Part shown: piece by piece, positions 44,850 to 53,866 of the stretch
Layout of the letters: each line of letters begins with the position of its first letter
How positions within the stretch are numbered: position 1 is the stretch's first letter
Source: a virus
Lineage: Duplodnaviria > Caudoviricetes
IMG/VR virus record: IMGVR_UViG_3300037067_012889
Coordinates: 32,001 to 96,000 of that record
Reading direction: 5' to 3' (one strand)
DNA length: 64,000 nt
The notes under the pieces: generated by a model
Told to the model about the DNA's origin: nothing
What the model saw: only the letters and a program-made list of their open reading frames with translations
Databases searched by the model: none
Position numbers and translations under genes: made by a program

Positions 44850-45155
44850 TTAATGAGGGGACAGAGCATCAAGCTCGTCCAACTCTGCTTCGGTGAGATC
44901 CCAGACGTCGATTTCTTCTCTGGCGATTTTGTAATCGCCAAATTCACCATCGTTGAGCGCTTCTACCATCATATCAACGGTGACACCGAACCAAAAAGCA
45001 GCGCTCTTAACCAAATCGCTCAAATTCGTTGCCGTGATCGGCAACATCGGAGGCTTACGGCCCATTTCGGTCGGATTCGGTCCACTTTCCATCACTACCG
45101 GACACAATGTAGTCTTGTCGACCAATGTGTATCGTACATAATGACGTAATGCCAT
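44850..45155 (-). CDS. Hypothetical protein
   Basis: AAGGAG RBS. Confidence 0.6.
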   Translation of the reverse strand: MALRHYVRYTLVDKTTLCPVVMESGPNPTEMGRKPPMLPITATNLSDLVKSAAFWFGVTVDMMVEALNDGEFGDYKIAREEIDVWDLTEAELDELDALSPH

Positions 45156-45167
45156 CGCAACTCTCCT

Positions 45168-45617
45168 TTATCCTACCTCAACGCACCAATACACAAATGG
45201 ACGTTTCGAATGCAGTAGCAGCCGCAAATTCTCATCTAACGTTTCACAAGCATCACAATACTTGGAAATCGTACTGACTTGTACTGGCTTCACCCTCAGT
45301 ATCTCGTAACCATTGATATACTCGCCGACGACAGGCTTGTTGTCGCCCTTGATTGGTGTGTGTGATTTGGCGACCGGAATGTCGTCATAAAATATGGTCG
45401 CCTTAGGTTTAAGTTCATCAAGCCTGACCTCTGACTCTTCACCCAAACGTGTTCGGACATAAGCCCTCTCACTGATATCGTTGTATGAGAGGATCTTCAC
45501 GAAATCGCCACGGTGGATGAATTCTTTGTCGGCTCGAATCATCAATGTTTGAAGACTCGTGCGACAAGCATAGGTCATACCCTCTTTGACTTCGACATGT
45601 CCGGCCTTAGTGCTCAT
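45168..45617 (-). CDS. Hypothetical protein
   Basis: AAGGAG RBS. Confidence 0.6.
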   Translation of the reverse strand: MSTKAGHVEVKEGMTYACRTSLQTLMIRADKEFIHRGDFVKILSYNDISERAYVRTRLGEESEVRLDELKPKATIFYDDIPVAKSHTPIKGDNKPVVGEYINGYEILRVKPVQVSTISKYCDACETLDENLRLLLHSKRPFVYWCVEVG

Positions 45618-46111
45618 AACTCTCCTTTGATCGGCTTGAAATCCTTAAATTGCGGCTTGAGAATCTTCTCATTTTCAAGGAAGAATCGGATCTCGCCACG
45701 AATGCTGATGTTCTGCATTTCGTGCTCGACGAGCTTCCCTTTGACTCGCATCTTAAACATGACTTTGAGATCGCAGTCCCAGACGCGACCGTCACGCATC
45801 ACTACGCCGCTGTAGTAGAAAACATGGCCGCCGATGTTGAGCCGATTTGGTCCGGTCCGCTTCACATAGCGAGCGAGCTTCCACCGGTCATTGATGAGAA
45901 CTGGCAGCCAATTGCGATCAAAGAGATGCTTGTTTTCTTTCCGCATCAGGTAACGTTGAGCTTGGACCTTTGTGACCTTGCGGTCAGCAGTGGTCATCTC
46001 GCCTTTGCCGTAGACCCAGCTCAACGACAAGCAGCCATCACCGCTGTAATAGCAGTGCATTCTTGGATAGATTTTTTGGCCGCAGCACGTGCAAACCCGA
46101 TATTTCGACAT
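45614..46111 (-). CDS. Hypothetical basic protein
   Basis: AGGAG RBS after promoter. Confidence 0.65.
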   Translation of the reverse strand: MSKYRVCTCCGQKIYPRMHCYYSGDGCLSLSWVYGKGEMTTADRKVTKVQAQRYLMRKENKHLFDRNWLPVLINDRWKLARYVKRTGPNRLNIGGHVFYYSGVVMRDGRVWDCDLKVMFKMRVKGKLVEHEMQNISIRGEIRFFLENEKILKPQFKDFKPIKGEL

Positions 46112-46131
46112 AGTTGGTTCTCCTATACTCC

Positions 46132-46160
46132 GTTATAGCACCAGAACCCATATTATTTAA
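46132..46160 (-). promoter_or_regulatory. Phage promoter motif
   Basis: TTAA-N14-GGTGCTATAAC. Confidence 0.75.
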
Positions 46161-46175
46161 CGGGTGGGCAGCTTC

Positions 46176-46370
46176 TTATTGATTTAGCTTCGCGAGCATC
46201 TTCGAGACAGCTTCTTCCGGAGTTGCTCCGAGCGTATTACGAATCTCTCCATTGGTATGGTAGTTGACGCAAGCACATACCCATTCATCTTGCTTGCGTA
46301 GTTCGTAATACTCACCAGCTTCGGTGACTGCTGGTAATCTATTGAGAAGCTCAACTAATGACTCATTCAT
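46176..46370 (-). CDS. Hypothetical protein
   Basis: ATGA overlap with ligase; GATPEEAV. Confidence 0.6.
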   Translation of the reverse strand: MNESLVELLNRLPAVTEAGEYYELRKQDEWVCACVNYHTNGEIRNTLGATPEEAVSKMLAKLNQ

Positions 46371-48433
46371 GGTAGCTCACGTTCTCCATCCAAGACGGCT
46401 CGCAGGCAATCGATACTGATGATCTTCGTGCCGTAGCTTTCGGCCTTCAATGTCTTGCCAGACGAAGATGTCGCATCTTTCTGAACCAGGTAGTCGAGTC
46501 CTTTGCTTACGCCGCTCTTTACGACACCGCCCTTCGCAACAACCTCGTCGATATAATCGCGGCAACCAGTCCAGCAGAATGACGATCCGGCAATTTGTTT
46601 CTGCTTCGGCTCGCCATCGACCGTCTCGTCTGCCACCTCGTTTACCACGACAGCAATCGGCACAATTGGCGAAACCACGACACCAACCGATAACAAATCA
46701 TCGATGATTGGTCGAGCAGCCGCCAGACCTTCAACGATCGATTTCTGCATTATCTTGCTTGGAATTGCTGTTTTCAGTTTCTCCTCGTCCAGCCAATCTT
46801 CGAGTGTTGTCAAACCTTGTTCGGTGGCGATGATCTCGACGCGGCGACGTCCAAGCAATGAAATGCCGAGAGCGCCGAGAAACTTGTGTAATTGCAGCTG
46901 TTTCGATTTCTCGATCTCTGCAAGCAGGCTTGCTGTTCTGCTGTCACCGAGGCGGATCGGCGTTCCAGTCTTGCTCTCACCAATTTTCAGATCGACAAGC
47001 TGTTCGGCCTTAAGACGATAAAGATCGGCTGGCGTCGAAACAAGCTCCGCATCAACAAGAGCTTGCAATACCGAATCACCGATACCCACAATACCGACAC
47101 CCTTGTCGGAACTACCGATGTAGTGCTTGATTTTGCCAGTCGATTGGCCTGCACAGTCGAGATTTGTGCAATATGTGACCGCACTCATCTTCTCCCGCAG
47201 CATTCTGGTCGTTGGCGAACCACAAATCGGGCATACTTTCGGTTCTTCAATCGGCTGACGGTCAGCGGGACGATCAATGATGCTAACGACCTTGGGAATG
47301 ACGTCGCCTTGCCGTGCAATCTCGACGATATCGCCGATGGCGACGTGTGCTGCTGATGGATACTCGCTTGCAGGATTCCAGTTATTCAACAACACGTTCG
47401 TCACTGTGACGCCGCCGACGAAGACCGGTTCGAGAATTGCTGTGGGAATAATGGCCCCGGTGTGTCCGAGCGTGATTGTGACGTCCTTGACTTTCGTCTG
47501 TGCCTTTGCAGTGACGAACTTGACGGCTCGTCCATACTTCGGACGAAGCTCATCTTTCCGATCTTTTGTAATCTGTTTCTGCATCACGATGTCGTCAACC
47601 ATCACCACGACGCCGTCGATCTCGAATGGCAGTGTTGGCCGTCGTGCCTCGATCTCGGAAAAATAGTCCTCGAACGACTTGACAGCTTCGTCTCCGCCGA
47701 TGACAACATACTGCACTGGTGTGAAGCCAAGCTTTCGAAGCGTTTTGAACTTCATGTTAAGCGACGGGAAGCTCAGGCCATCGCTAACGACATTGAAGGC
47801 CACGAACTGAATCATTTCATTCTGTGTACCGTCTGTCCGACCAAGAATGCCACTCCCGACATTTCTCGGATTGGTGAGCGTCGGGTCAGCCGCCTTCATC
47901 ATGTCGAACCAGCACTTGTAGAGAATCGCTTCGCCGCGCACAGTTCCAGTAAACGGAACCGGCAGGCTCGTCGGTACACCGGCCCATTTGACGGCATTCG
48001 CGGTAAGCGATTCACCGATTTCGCCATTCCCACGGCTGATAGCTTCGACGAATTCACCTTTAACGTAGCTCAACGCTACGCTATTGCCGTCCATCTTCAA
48101 CGAAGCATTAACGTCAAAACCGTCAACGCCAAGCAAGGCGCAGGTTTTATCATACCACGACGCAAAACCGCTCAGACCACCATCGGTGTTGTCGAGTGAC
48201 CCCATCGGGATTGAATGTGTTCGCTTCTCCCTCATGTCGTCCGAGGAGAATGGGGTGCCGACCCGTGTCAGGCGAGGATCATCGGGGACCAGCTCGCGAA
48301 GCTCACCGATCAGGGCTTCAAATTCATCATCGGTGACTGGCGACTCACAACCCGGAGTGTAGTAGAGTTGTGCGGCACGGTCGATGGCCGACCGTAGTGT
48401 TGCCAATCTGGCTTTTTGATCGCTATCTTTCAT
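46367..48433 (-). CDS. ligA: NAD-dependent DNA ligase
   Basis: YY...P.TD..F, PM.SL, KMDG, SRGNG..GE, EIDGVV, GDVIP, C4 zinc finger, HhH, BRCT. Confidence 0.97.
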   Translation of the reverse strand: MKDSDQKARLATLRSAIDRAAQLYYTPGCESPVTDDEFEALIGELRELVPDDPRLTRVGTPFSSDDMREKRTHSIPMGSLDNTDGGLSGFASWYDKTCALLGVDGFDVNASLKMDGNSVALSYVKGEFVEAISRGNGEIGESLTANAVKWAGVPTSLPVPFTGTVRGEAILYKCWFDMMKAADPTLTNPRNVGSGILGRTDGTQNEMIQFVAFNVVSDGLSFPSLNMKFKTLRKLGFTPVQYVVIGGDEAVKSFEDYFSEIEARRPTLPFEIDGVVVMVDDIVMQKQITKDRKDELRPKYGRAVKFVTAKAQTKVKDVTITLGHTGAIIPTAILEPVFVGGVTVTNVLLNNWNPASEYPSAAHVAIGDIVEIARQGDVIPKVVSIIDRPADRQPIEEPKVCPICGSPTTRMLREKMSAVTYCTNLDCAGQSTGKIKHYIGSSDKGVGIVGIGDSVLQALVDAELVSTPADLYRLKAEQLVDLKIGESKTGTPIRLGDSRTASLLAEIEKSKQLQLHKFLGALGISLLGRRRVEIIATEQGLTTLEDWLDEEKLKTAIPSKIMQKSIVEGLAAARPIIDDLLSVGVVVSPIVPIAVVVNEVADETVDGEPKQKQIAGSSFCWTGCRDYIDEVVAKGGVVKSGVSKGLDYLVQKDATSSSGKTLKAESYGTKIISIDCLRAVLDGERELP

Positions 48434-48453
48434 GTGTATTTCTCCTATGTGCA

Positions 48454-48482
48454 GTTATAGCACGAGAGTACCGAGGAATTAA
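48454..48482 (-). promoter_or_regulatory. Phage promoter motif
   Basis: TTAA-N14-CGTGCTATAAC. Confidence 0.75.
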
Positions 48483-48681
48483 TATAATCCTAGTACTCAG
48501 ATACATCAAGATCCGATCCAACCAGATGCCAGTTTGTCATAACCGGCGTTACTTTCGGCGACATATTCCTCATAGCATGCCTCGTGCATACCATTCTTAT
48601 TCGGACCGTCCAATGGTTTGTCGCACCACGGGCACACAGGAATAAGAATTTCGGCATGCCCAGCTTCGTCTACTTGAACCA

Positions 48682-48981
48682 TTATTCACTCACTTTCCGA
48701 TGTTCGAGCCATCGTTTGGCGTCCGCCTCATTGATATGACACTCAAACCCGACGTCTTTGATGTTGTGGGCCGCTTCGACGTACGTGAACATCCTAGCCA
48801 ATTCGTCATTGTGATCGGCCATGAAGATCGCCACGTTGTCGGCTGGGTAGTCGCCACCCCAATCACATGCTTCCAGATCCGCGATTTCCTTATCGCTTGC
48901 TTGCTCGAACCAAGGCGTCGCATCGAACTTCACTTCGCTCGCATGGTCGTCGGAATGAGCCTCAGCCATTACTTTGCACAT
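48682..48981 (-). CDS. Hypothetical protein
   Basis: HSDD...FDA.PWF ... WGGDY.AD.VA; AGGAG RBS. Confidence 0.7.
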   Translation of the reverse strand: MCKVMAEAHSDDHASEVKFDATPWFEQASDKEIADLEACDWGGDYPADNVAIFMADHNDELARMFTYVEAAHNIKDVGFECHINEADAKRWLEHRKVSE

Positions 48982-49011
48982 CGTTTTCTCCTGGTTAGTT
49001 TCCTATACTTC

Positions 49012-49040
49012 GTTATAGCATAGGAATAGGTCCTATTTAA
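49012..49040 (-). promoter_or_regulatory. Phage promoter motif
   Basis: TTAA-N14-TATGCTATAAC. Confidence 0.75.
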
Positions 49041-49044
49041 TCGA

Positions 49045-50514
49045 TCAGACAAAGCAGCGGTTGAACTTCTGACGTTCTTTCAGAACAACGCCAGTCATCT
49101 TAGTGAGAGTGCTGCTGTAGCATTCATCGTGAGCACTCAACCCCATAGTGCCGTGCACAAATTCGTGCAGTGCGTCTGCGACGATGGCCCAACGTCCGGC
49201 TGCGTTGAATTTCCATCGTTTCGACATAGAGCGGCTATTACTGTTGTCTTGTTTGACGATTGAGATTGGATTGATGTAGTACACCTTGCCATATTCATAG
49301 GTCTGCTCGTGCTCCGCTTCCCTGCTCTCGTCGAAAATGAAACCGACAGAGAACGTAGCTTCCCTGCTGAATAGGTCGTGCATCGTGAGCATCACTTTCG
49401 ACCAGATCTTCGTCAGCTTTTCGCTATACTCGCTAAACTCTTCCGGCTTGTAGTGCGAAGGAACGACCATTCCTGTGGTGTTCTTGATCACGAATTCATG
49501 ATTGATTCGTGATCGCCTTCCAAGCATTCGGACAACTTCGTCGCCCTGCTGCACGAAATCAACCTTCTTATCGACAACCGCATTATCGACAACCTTGTCT
49601 TCGTCACTAGAAGTCGGAACCGTGGCATAGGCTTCTGACACAATCTGCTCCATCGTCGCATTGGCCTTGATAGAACGGAGCTTATCGCCGTGATAGTGAA
49701 TGTACGATGGCTTGACTTCGCGAAGAGCCGACACTTTGTTGACGGTGATTTCGTCGACGAACGCCTCAAGTTGTGCGTGGTATTGCCACTTCAAAGAATC
49801 GCGGTTCGATTGAAGAACATCGGAATTGCCATTCTTCAATTCCACCACAACACAACGACCGTTGCATTCCAGGTGGCGATGGAACATCGGAATGCCTTTG
49901 ATACGCACTATCATTCGATTGGTAATCGACTTGTTCGTATGAACTGTGCACCATTCGAATTCACGACGTTTGGAACCCTTATGAAGCCTGCAATCACAGA
50001 TTTCATTGTTGATCGTAACCGTACCATTCCATTGAGCCATCTGCATGAATAGGTTGAAGCTCATACGCAGCTCGTTGCTGTGATCTCCTTCAACCATCAC
50101 TCTCGTAGCCGTACCAGGAAAGTATTTGTCGCTCTTCTCGATTTCATACTCACCACCACATCCGACGACACGATAATAGCCAGTATCGATTTCATAGCTG
50201 AGATGTGCCATCATCAGCACTTCTTTTGCTTTACCGAAACCACCGACAGTGTCCTGAAAATCCTTGCCGGATTCACCAAGAGTAAGGAGCTTTCCGCTCA
50301 GAATTTCTTCTGTCATCGGATCGCCGTCATTCTGCCACGCAAACAGCGTATTGCCATTTGCTTGCGGTTCGATAGACAGTTCGATGTTTTTAGAGTGCGG
50401 CGCGTCCATGCTGTTCTGCATGGCTTCGCGAACCAGTGCCCACTTCCAATCACGATAATCGTTGAACGATTTCTTGAAGAAGTTCGGGCCGATTCCAACT
50501 CGCATTTTAGCCAT
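49045..50514 (-). CDS. GHKL (HATPase_c) ATPase with C-terminal HExxH motif
   Basis: RE..QNS.DA, NDG.PM, GGFG, GT; LHEFVH......H. Confidence 0.8.
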   Translation of the reverse strand: MAKMRVGIGPNFFKKSFNDYRDWKWALVREAMQNSMDAPHSKNIELSIEPQANGNTLFAWQNDGDPMTEEILSGKLLTLGESGKDFQDTVGGFGKAKEVLMMAHLSYEIDTGYYRVVGCGGEYEIEKSDKYFPGTATRVMVEGDHSNELRMSFNLFMQMAQWNGTVTINNEICDCRLHKGSKRREFEWCTVHTNKSITNRMIVRIKGIPMFHRHLECNGRCVVVELKNGNSDVLQSNRDSLKWQYHAQLEAFVDEITVNKVSALREVKPSYIHYHGDKLRSIKANATMEQIVSEAYATVPTSSDEDKVVDNAVVDKKVDFVQQGDEVVRMLGRRSRINHEFVIKNTTGMVVPSHYKPEEFSEYSEKLTKIWSKVMLTMHDLFSREATFSVGFIFDESREAEHEQTYEYGKVYYINPISIVKQDNSNSRSMSKRWKFNAAGRWAIVADALHEFVHGTMGLSAHDECYSSTLTKMTGVVLKERQKFNRCFV

Positions 50515-50550
50515 TTCGAGAATCTCCTATGTGCTTGGCTTGTCTAACAA

Positions 50551-50579
50551 GTTATAGCATGAGAATATGGCGGAATTAA
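50551..50579 (-). promoter_or_regulatory. Phage promoter motif
   Basis: TTAA-N14-CATGCTATAAC. Confidence 0.75.
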
Positions 50580-50645
50580 TTCCTGGTTGGCGATTCCTGA
50601 CAGTATTTAAACTGTAGATGAATATCGACGGCAAAGTTGAGCTGG

Positions 50646-50674
50646 TTAATCACCGACAGACGTCGTGCCATAAT
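50646..50674 (+). promoter_or_regulatory. Phage promoter motif
   Basis: TTAA-N14-CGTGCCATAAT. Confidence 0.7.
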
Positions 50675-50707
50675 GAAGTATCACCGATTTCACACATAGG
50701 AGCAACC

Positions 50708-51082
50708 ATGACAGCGACAAAGACCAGAAAGCCTCTCACCGAAGCGAAAGAAGAGAAGGCACCAGTGCTGCTGACCGAACTCACTGAAAAAGCTGTCCTC
50801 ACTGCACTCGGCAAACCAAGCGATTTTCACAGCATTGGCGTCCATCGGCACGACTCATCGCGTTGCCGCGTCAACGTCAGGCGCGCTATGAATAAAGAAG
50901 CAGCAACGGCTTACTTCCGTGCCAATGGCGTCGAGAAGGCCGAGGCCGAGAAGATGATCGACCAAATCGATCACACCATCGCCAGAACGATTGTCTTGAT
51001 TACCGATAGCTTCTATCTTCGCACCAATTTCGACGGCTCGCTGCGTAGCGACAACAAGCCAATTGAGAGGAAGTACAAATGA
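50708..51082 (+). CDS. Hypothetical protein
   Basis: AGGAG RBS; LG.P ... RVNV ... I.DSF. Confidence 0.7.
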   Translation: MTATKTRKPLTEAKEEKAPVLLTELTEKAVLTALGKPSDFHSIGVHRHDSSRCRVNVRRAMNKEAATAYFRANGVEKAEAEKMIDQIDHTIARTIVLITDSFYLRTNFDGSLRSDNKPIERKYK

Positions 51083-51360
51083 AGCGGCAAAAGAAGCCAA
51101 AGGTTGAGATCTTGTTCGAAGTCGGTCTCGCGGGAGAGCGGATCAAACAAGATGACTTTATCGAATACTTGGAGACAGTTCACAACATCTCTAAGGTTTA
51201 CCCTGAAGCACTTACGGCCGTCATCGATGCACCTGAGATAGAGAGCCTCTTTTGCATCCCTTCCTTTTATGTCATTTACCGCAAGATTGCGAAGCGTGTC
51301 ACGGAAAATGACATTCGTCTCGCACTTAAAGAACTCATTAAGAGTGAAAATGACGAATGA
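51079..51360 (+). CDS. Hypothetical protein
   Basis: ATGA overlap. Confidence 0.6.
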   Translation: MKRQKKPKVEILFEVGLAGERIKQDDFIEYLETVHNISKVYPEALTAVIDAPEIESLFCIPSFYVIYRKIAKRVTENDIRLALKELIKSENDE

Positions 51361-51650
51361 AGGTTGGCAAAAACAAAGTCATGGTCGATGGATTTGAGGG
51401 GTTGCTTGAACGGGTCGAGAAACCAAATCAAGCTTTGACCCTCAAACTCCATCTTCCATGCGTTCTATCTGTTCGCAATTTCGACGTATTCAAAGTCATC
51501 AAGCAACTCGCCATATCACTCGAAATACGATCGAAATGGTGGCAGGTGGACGATAAATACTACGCTATACTCTTCGAAAGTCGAATAACAGGACAAGAAA
51601 TCTCAAAACTCGTCCACGAATTCGAAGATTCGGTTAACCAGTGCTCCTGA
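51357..51650 (+). CDS. Hypothetical protein
   Basis: ATGA overlap. Confidence 0.6.
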   Translation: MKVGKNKVMVDGFEGLLERVEKPNQALTLKLHLPCVLSVRNFDVFKVIKQLAISLEIRSKWWQVDDKYYAILFESRITGQEISKLVHEFEDSVNQCS

Positions 51651-51662
51651 TAGTGCTATAAC
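51634..51662 (+). promoter_or_regulatory. Phage promoter motif
   Basis: TTAA-N14-AGTGCTATAAC. Confidence 0.7.
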
Positions 51663-51700
51663 CCAGTGTAAGGGGATGACACTGTCACAGGAGAAACGCT

Positions 51701-51973
51701 ATGGGCGAGAAATTGTGTATCGTTGTTGACGTCAGCAAAGAAACGAGGATGCTCGGATTTCAAAAAGCAGACGTCATTATTATTCGAATGCTTAATGACG
51801 ACCGATGTGGTTGTCATCCGACCACGCCGATTCGTCTTTCGGACATCGACGGTGGCCGTCATATACAGGCCAGCGAGATCGTCAAGGGCCAGCGAATCTG
51901 GCTCCCTGTCGATCACCTCGTCAAAGAGCATGTGTTCTTTCTGAATCCAGAAACAATCGACGCCCTCGAATAA
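51701..51973 (+). CDS. Hypothetical protein
   Basis: ACAGGAG RBS. Confidence 0.6.
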   Translation: MGEKLCIVVDVSKETRMLGFQKADVIIIRMLNDDRCGCHPTTPIRLSDIDGGRHIQASEIVKGQRIWLPVDHLVKEHVFFLNPETIDALE

Positions 51974-51978
51974 CCGAA

Positions 51979-52007
51979 TTAAACGACGGCATTTGTTGTG
52001 CTAAAAC
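51979..52007 (+). promoter_or_regulatory. Phage promoter motif
   Basis: TTAA-N14-TGTGCTAAAAC. Confidence 0.7.
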
Positions 52008-52044
52008 AAACAGGACACGAAACACTCATAATAGGAGATCTGAG

Positions 52045-52788
52045 ATGGCGAAGAAACCCGCAACCGCAACCAAGAATGCCGCTCCGAAGCCGAATTTGTT
52101 CGCGAAGGCCAAAGCTGCCGCTGTCGCTGCGCCGCCGAAGTCGGCCGGATCCGTGATCGAACTCCCGAAGGAACTCGATTCCGATGGCAAGCTCATTGGA
52201 GAGTCCGCACTGCTGAACAGCGCCGTCACCGAAGCCATCGAAGCCGACGCAGAAGCGAAGGCGGCAAGCAACAAATCCACGCTCGCCAAGAACAGGCTGG
52301 TCGGCTACGCTACCGGTCGATTCGTTGAGATGACTGCCAAGCTTGGTGTCCTCCCGCCAACCCCGGTGAAGATCATCAACCACAATGGTGAATCCGTCAC
52401 GTTTATCGTGATGGACAAGTCGCAGCAATACCCGATTCGCTCCGAACAGATCGACCTGTTCAGGGGAATCCTCGGCGACGACGGAGCAGCCCGTATCGTG
52501 AACACCAAGACGGTCTACGCGTTCAACCCGGCCACGATGGACGAGAAGGCTGCGAACGCCGACATGAGCGTTGCCGAAATCGTCGCGGAACTCGTGAGCA
52601 ATGCCCTGATGTCTGACTCTCGGCTGAGCGATGAGCAGAAGGGCGATTTGATTACGAGCAGCGAGAAGACCTACATCGCACAGAATACGCTGACCCGCGT
52701 GGCGGAGCTGTGTGGTGCCGACGCCGGTCGCATCGGCCAGTTCATCACAGCGGCTGGTACGGCTTTCACCAAGTACATCAAGACCTGA
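52045..52788 (+). CDS. Hypothetical protein (Ala/Lys-rich N-terminus, strongly biased codons)
   Basis: AGGAGAT RBS, own promoter and terminator. Confidence 0.75.
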   Translation: MAKKPATATKNAAPKPNLFAKAKAAAVAAPPKSAGSVIELPKELDSDGKLIGESALLNSAVTEAIEADAEAKAASNKSTLAKNRLVGYATGRFVEMTAKLGVLPPTPVKIINHNGESVTFIVMDKSQQYPIRSEQIDLFRGILGDDGAARIVNTKTVYAFNPATMDEKAANADMSVAEIVAELVSNALMSDSRLSDEQKGDLITSSEKTYIAQNTLTRVAELCGADAGRIGQFITAAGTAFTKYIKT

Positions 52789-52809
52789 GGCATTCATTTG
52801 CCTCGGTCG

Positions 52810-52846
52810 GCCCCGGCAGGCCCTCCTATCCTGCCGGGGCTTTTTA
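52810..52846 (+). terminator. Rho-independent terminator
   Basis: GCCCCGGCAGG/CCTGCCGGGGC then TTTTT. Confidence 0.85.
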
Positions 52847-52849
52847 TGT

Positions 52850-52961
52850 GCCCCTGTCGTCCAAATGGCAAAGGGTTTGACGCGTCACCCTTGGCATGGA
52901 GTAGCACTCCGTGTCAGGACACCTGTAAAAGGAAATTCACGTTCGATTCGTGATGGGGGCT
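52850..52961 (+). ncRNA. tRNA-like RNA with expanded D-loop and shrunken anticodon arm
   Basis: Acceptor GCCCCTG/TGGGGGC, D-stem GTCC/GGAC, T-arm TCACG-TTCGATT-CGTGA. Confidence 0.65.
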
Positions 52962-52965
52962 ATTT

Positions 52966-53208
52966 ATGCAACCTTGGCTTATTACCGATCCACAGGAATT
53001 CTATGACGAGATAGTCGTCCCGTCTGGATTCTTTGAAAAGGCTAGGGAAATCTTCCCCGATTACAATAATCGCCAGTCCGACGCCGCAGCCTGTTGGATT
53101 GTGTATATGGTCGAGGAATCCATTGATGTCGATGCCGATCTCAAATGGTCGAACCTTGTCTCAATGCGCGACGACATTTTTGAAATGATCATCGCAGGAT
53201 TGACATGA
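52966..53208 (+). CDS. Hypothetical protein
   Basis: ORF in run. Confidence 0.55.
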   Translation: MQPWLITDPQEFYDEIVVPSGFFEKAREIFPDYNNRQSDAAACWIVYMVEESIDVDADLKWSNLVSMRDDIFEMIIAGLT

Positions 53209-53408
53209 ACAGAAAATTCCTATGTCTCGTTCTTGACAGAACAAGTAAGGCAACTATTAAGGAATACCCAGAAGTTGTCGCTATCGATGCCTATCATGCA
53301 CTTAGGATGACGGCCAATCGATATGCCGAAGAAATCGGATCTTGGTCCGGTGATTGGTACGTGGATTGTTTAGAAACTACCGAGGAGAATGATCATGGCT
53401 CAACCTGA
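53205..53408 (+). CDS. Hypothetical protein
   Basis: ATGA overlap. Confidence 0.55.
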   Translation: MNRKFLCLVLDRTSKATIKEYPEVVAIDAYHALRMTANRYAEEIGSWSGDWYVDCLETTEENDHGST

Positions 53409-53553
53409 ATTCTGTGTCAAGCTGATTGTCGAAGGCAAGAATACCCAGACGACCGTCTACGCCAATGATGCTGCTTCTGCAGCACGACTGGCTCGCGAGC
53501 AGTACAGTGGCAGCAACGTGCGAGTGCTCAGTACCGACAAGGTCAAAGGCTAA
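53395..53553 (+). CDS. Small hypothetical protein (52 aa)
   Basis: Hand-translated MAQPEFCVKL...; GAGGAG RBS. Confidence 0.55.
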   Translation: MAQPEFCVKLIVEGKNTQTTVYANDAASAARLAREQYSGSNVRVLSTDKVKG

Positions 53554-53797
53554 TCAACTGCACTTTGTGAACAGGCATCTTATGTTCCTGTTCGGCAGCT
53601 TTCAAGGTTAAGACAGCTAGAACCCTTTTCTGAATCTCTGTCTTAGCCTCAATGACCTGACCTGATCGCGTAACTTCCACAAAATCCCTTAGAAGTCTGT
53701 TAAAGCATTCCATAGCTTCCTCCGTAATCAGTATTTTAGGTATGGCGATAGTAGTGTTGTCATAGATGTCTGCGCATATATTTGCGGTGTCACGCAG

Positions 53798-53826
53798 TTA
53801 AATAGTACCCCTATTTGTGCTATAAC
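53798..53826 (+). promoter_or_regulatory. Phage promoter motif
   Basis: TTAA-N14-TGTGCTATAAC. Confidence 0.75.
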
Positions 53827-53866
53827 GTGGCATACGGAAACCACACCCGCTGACACAGGAGTCATA

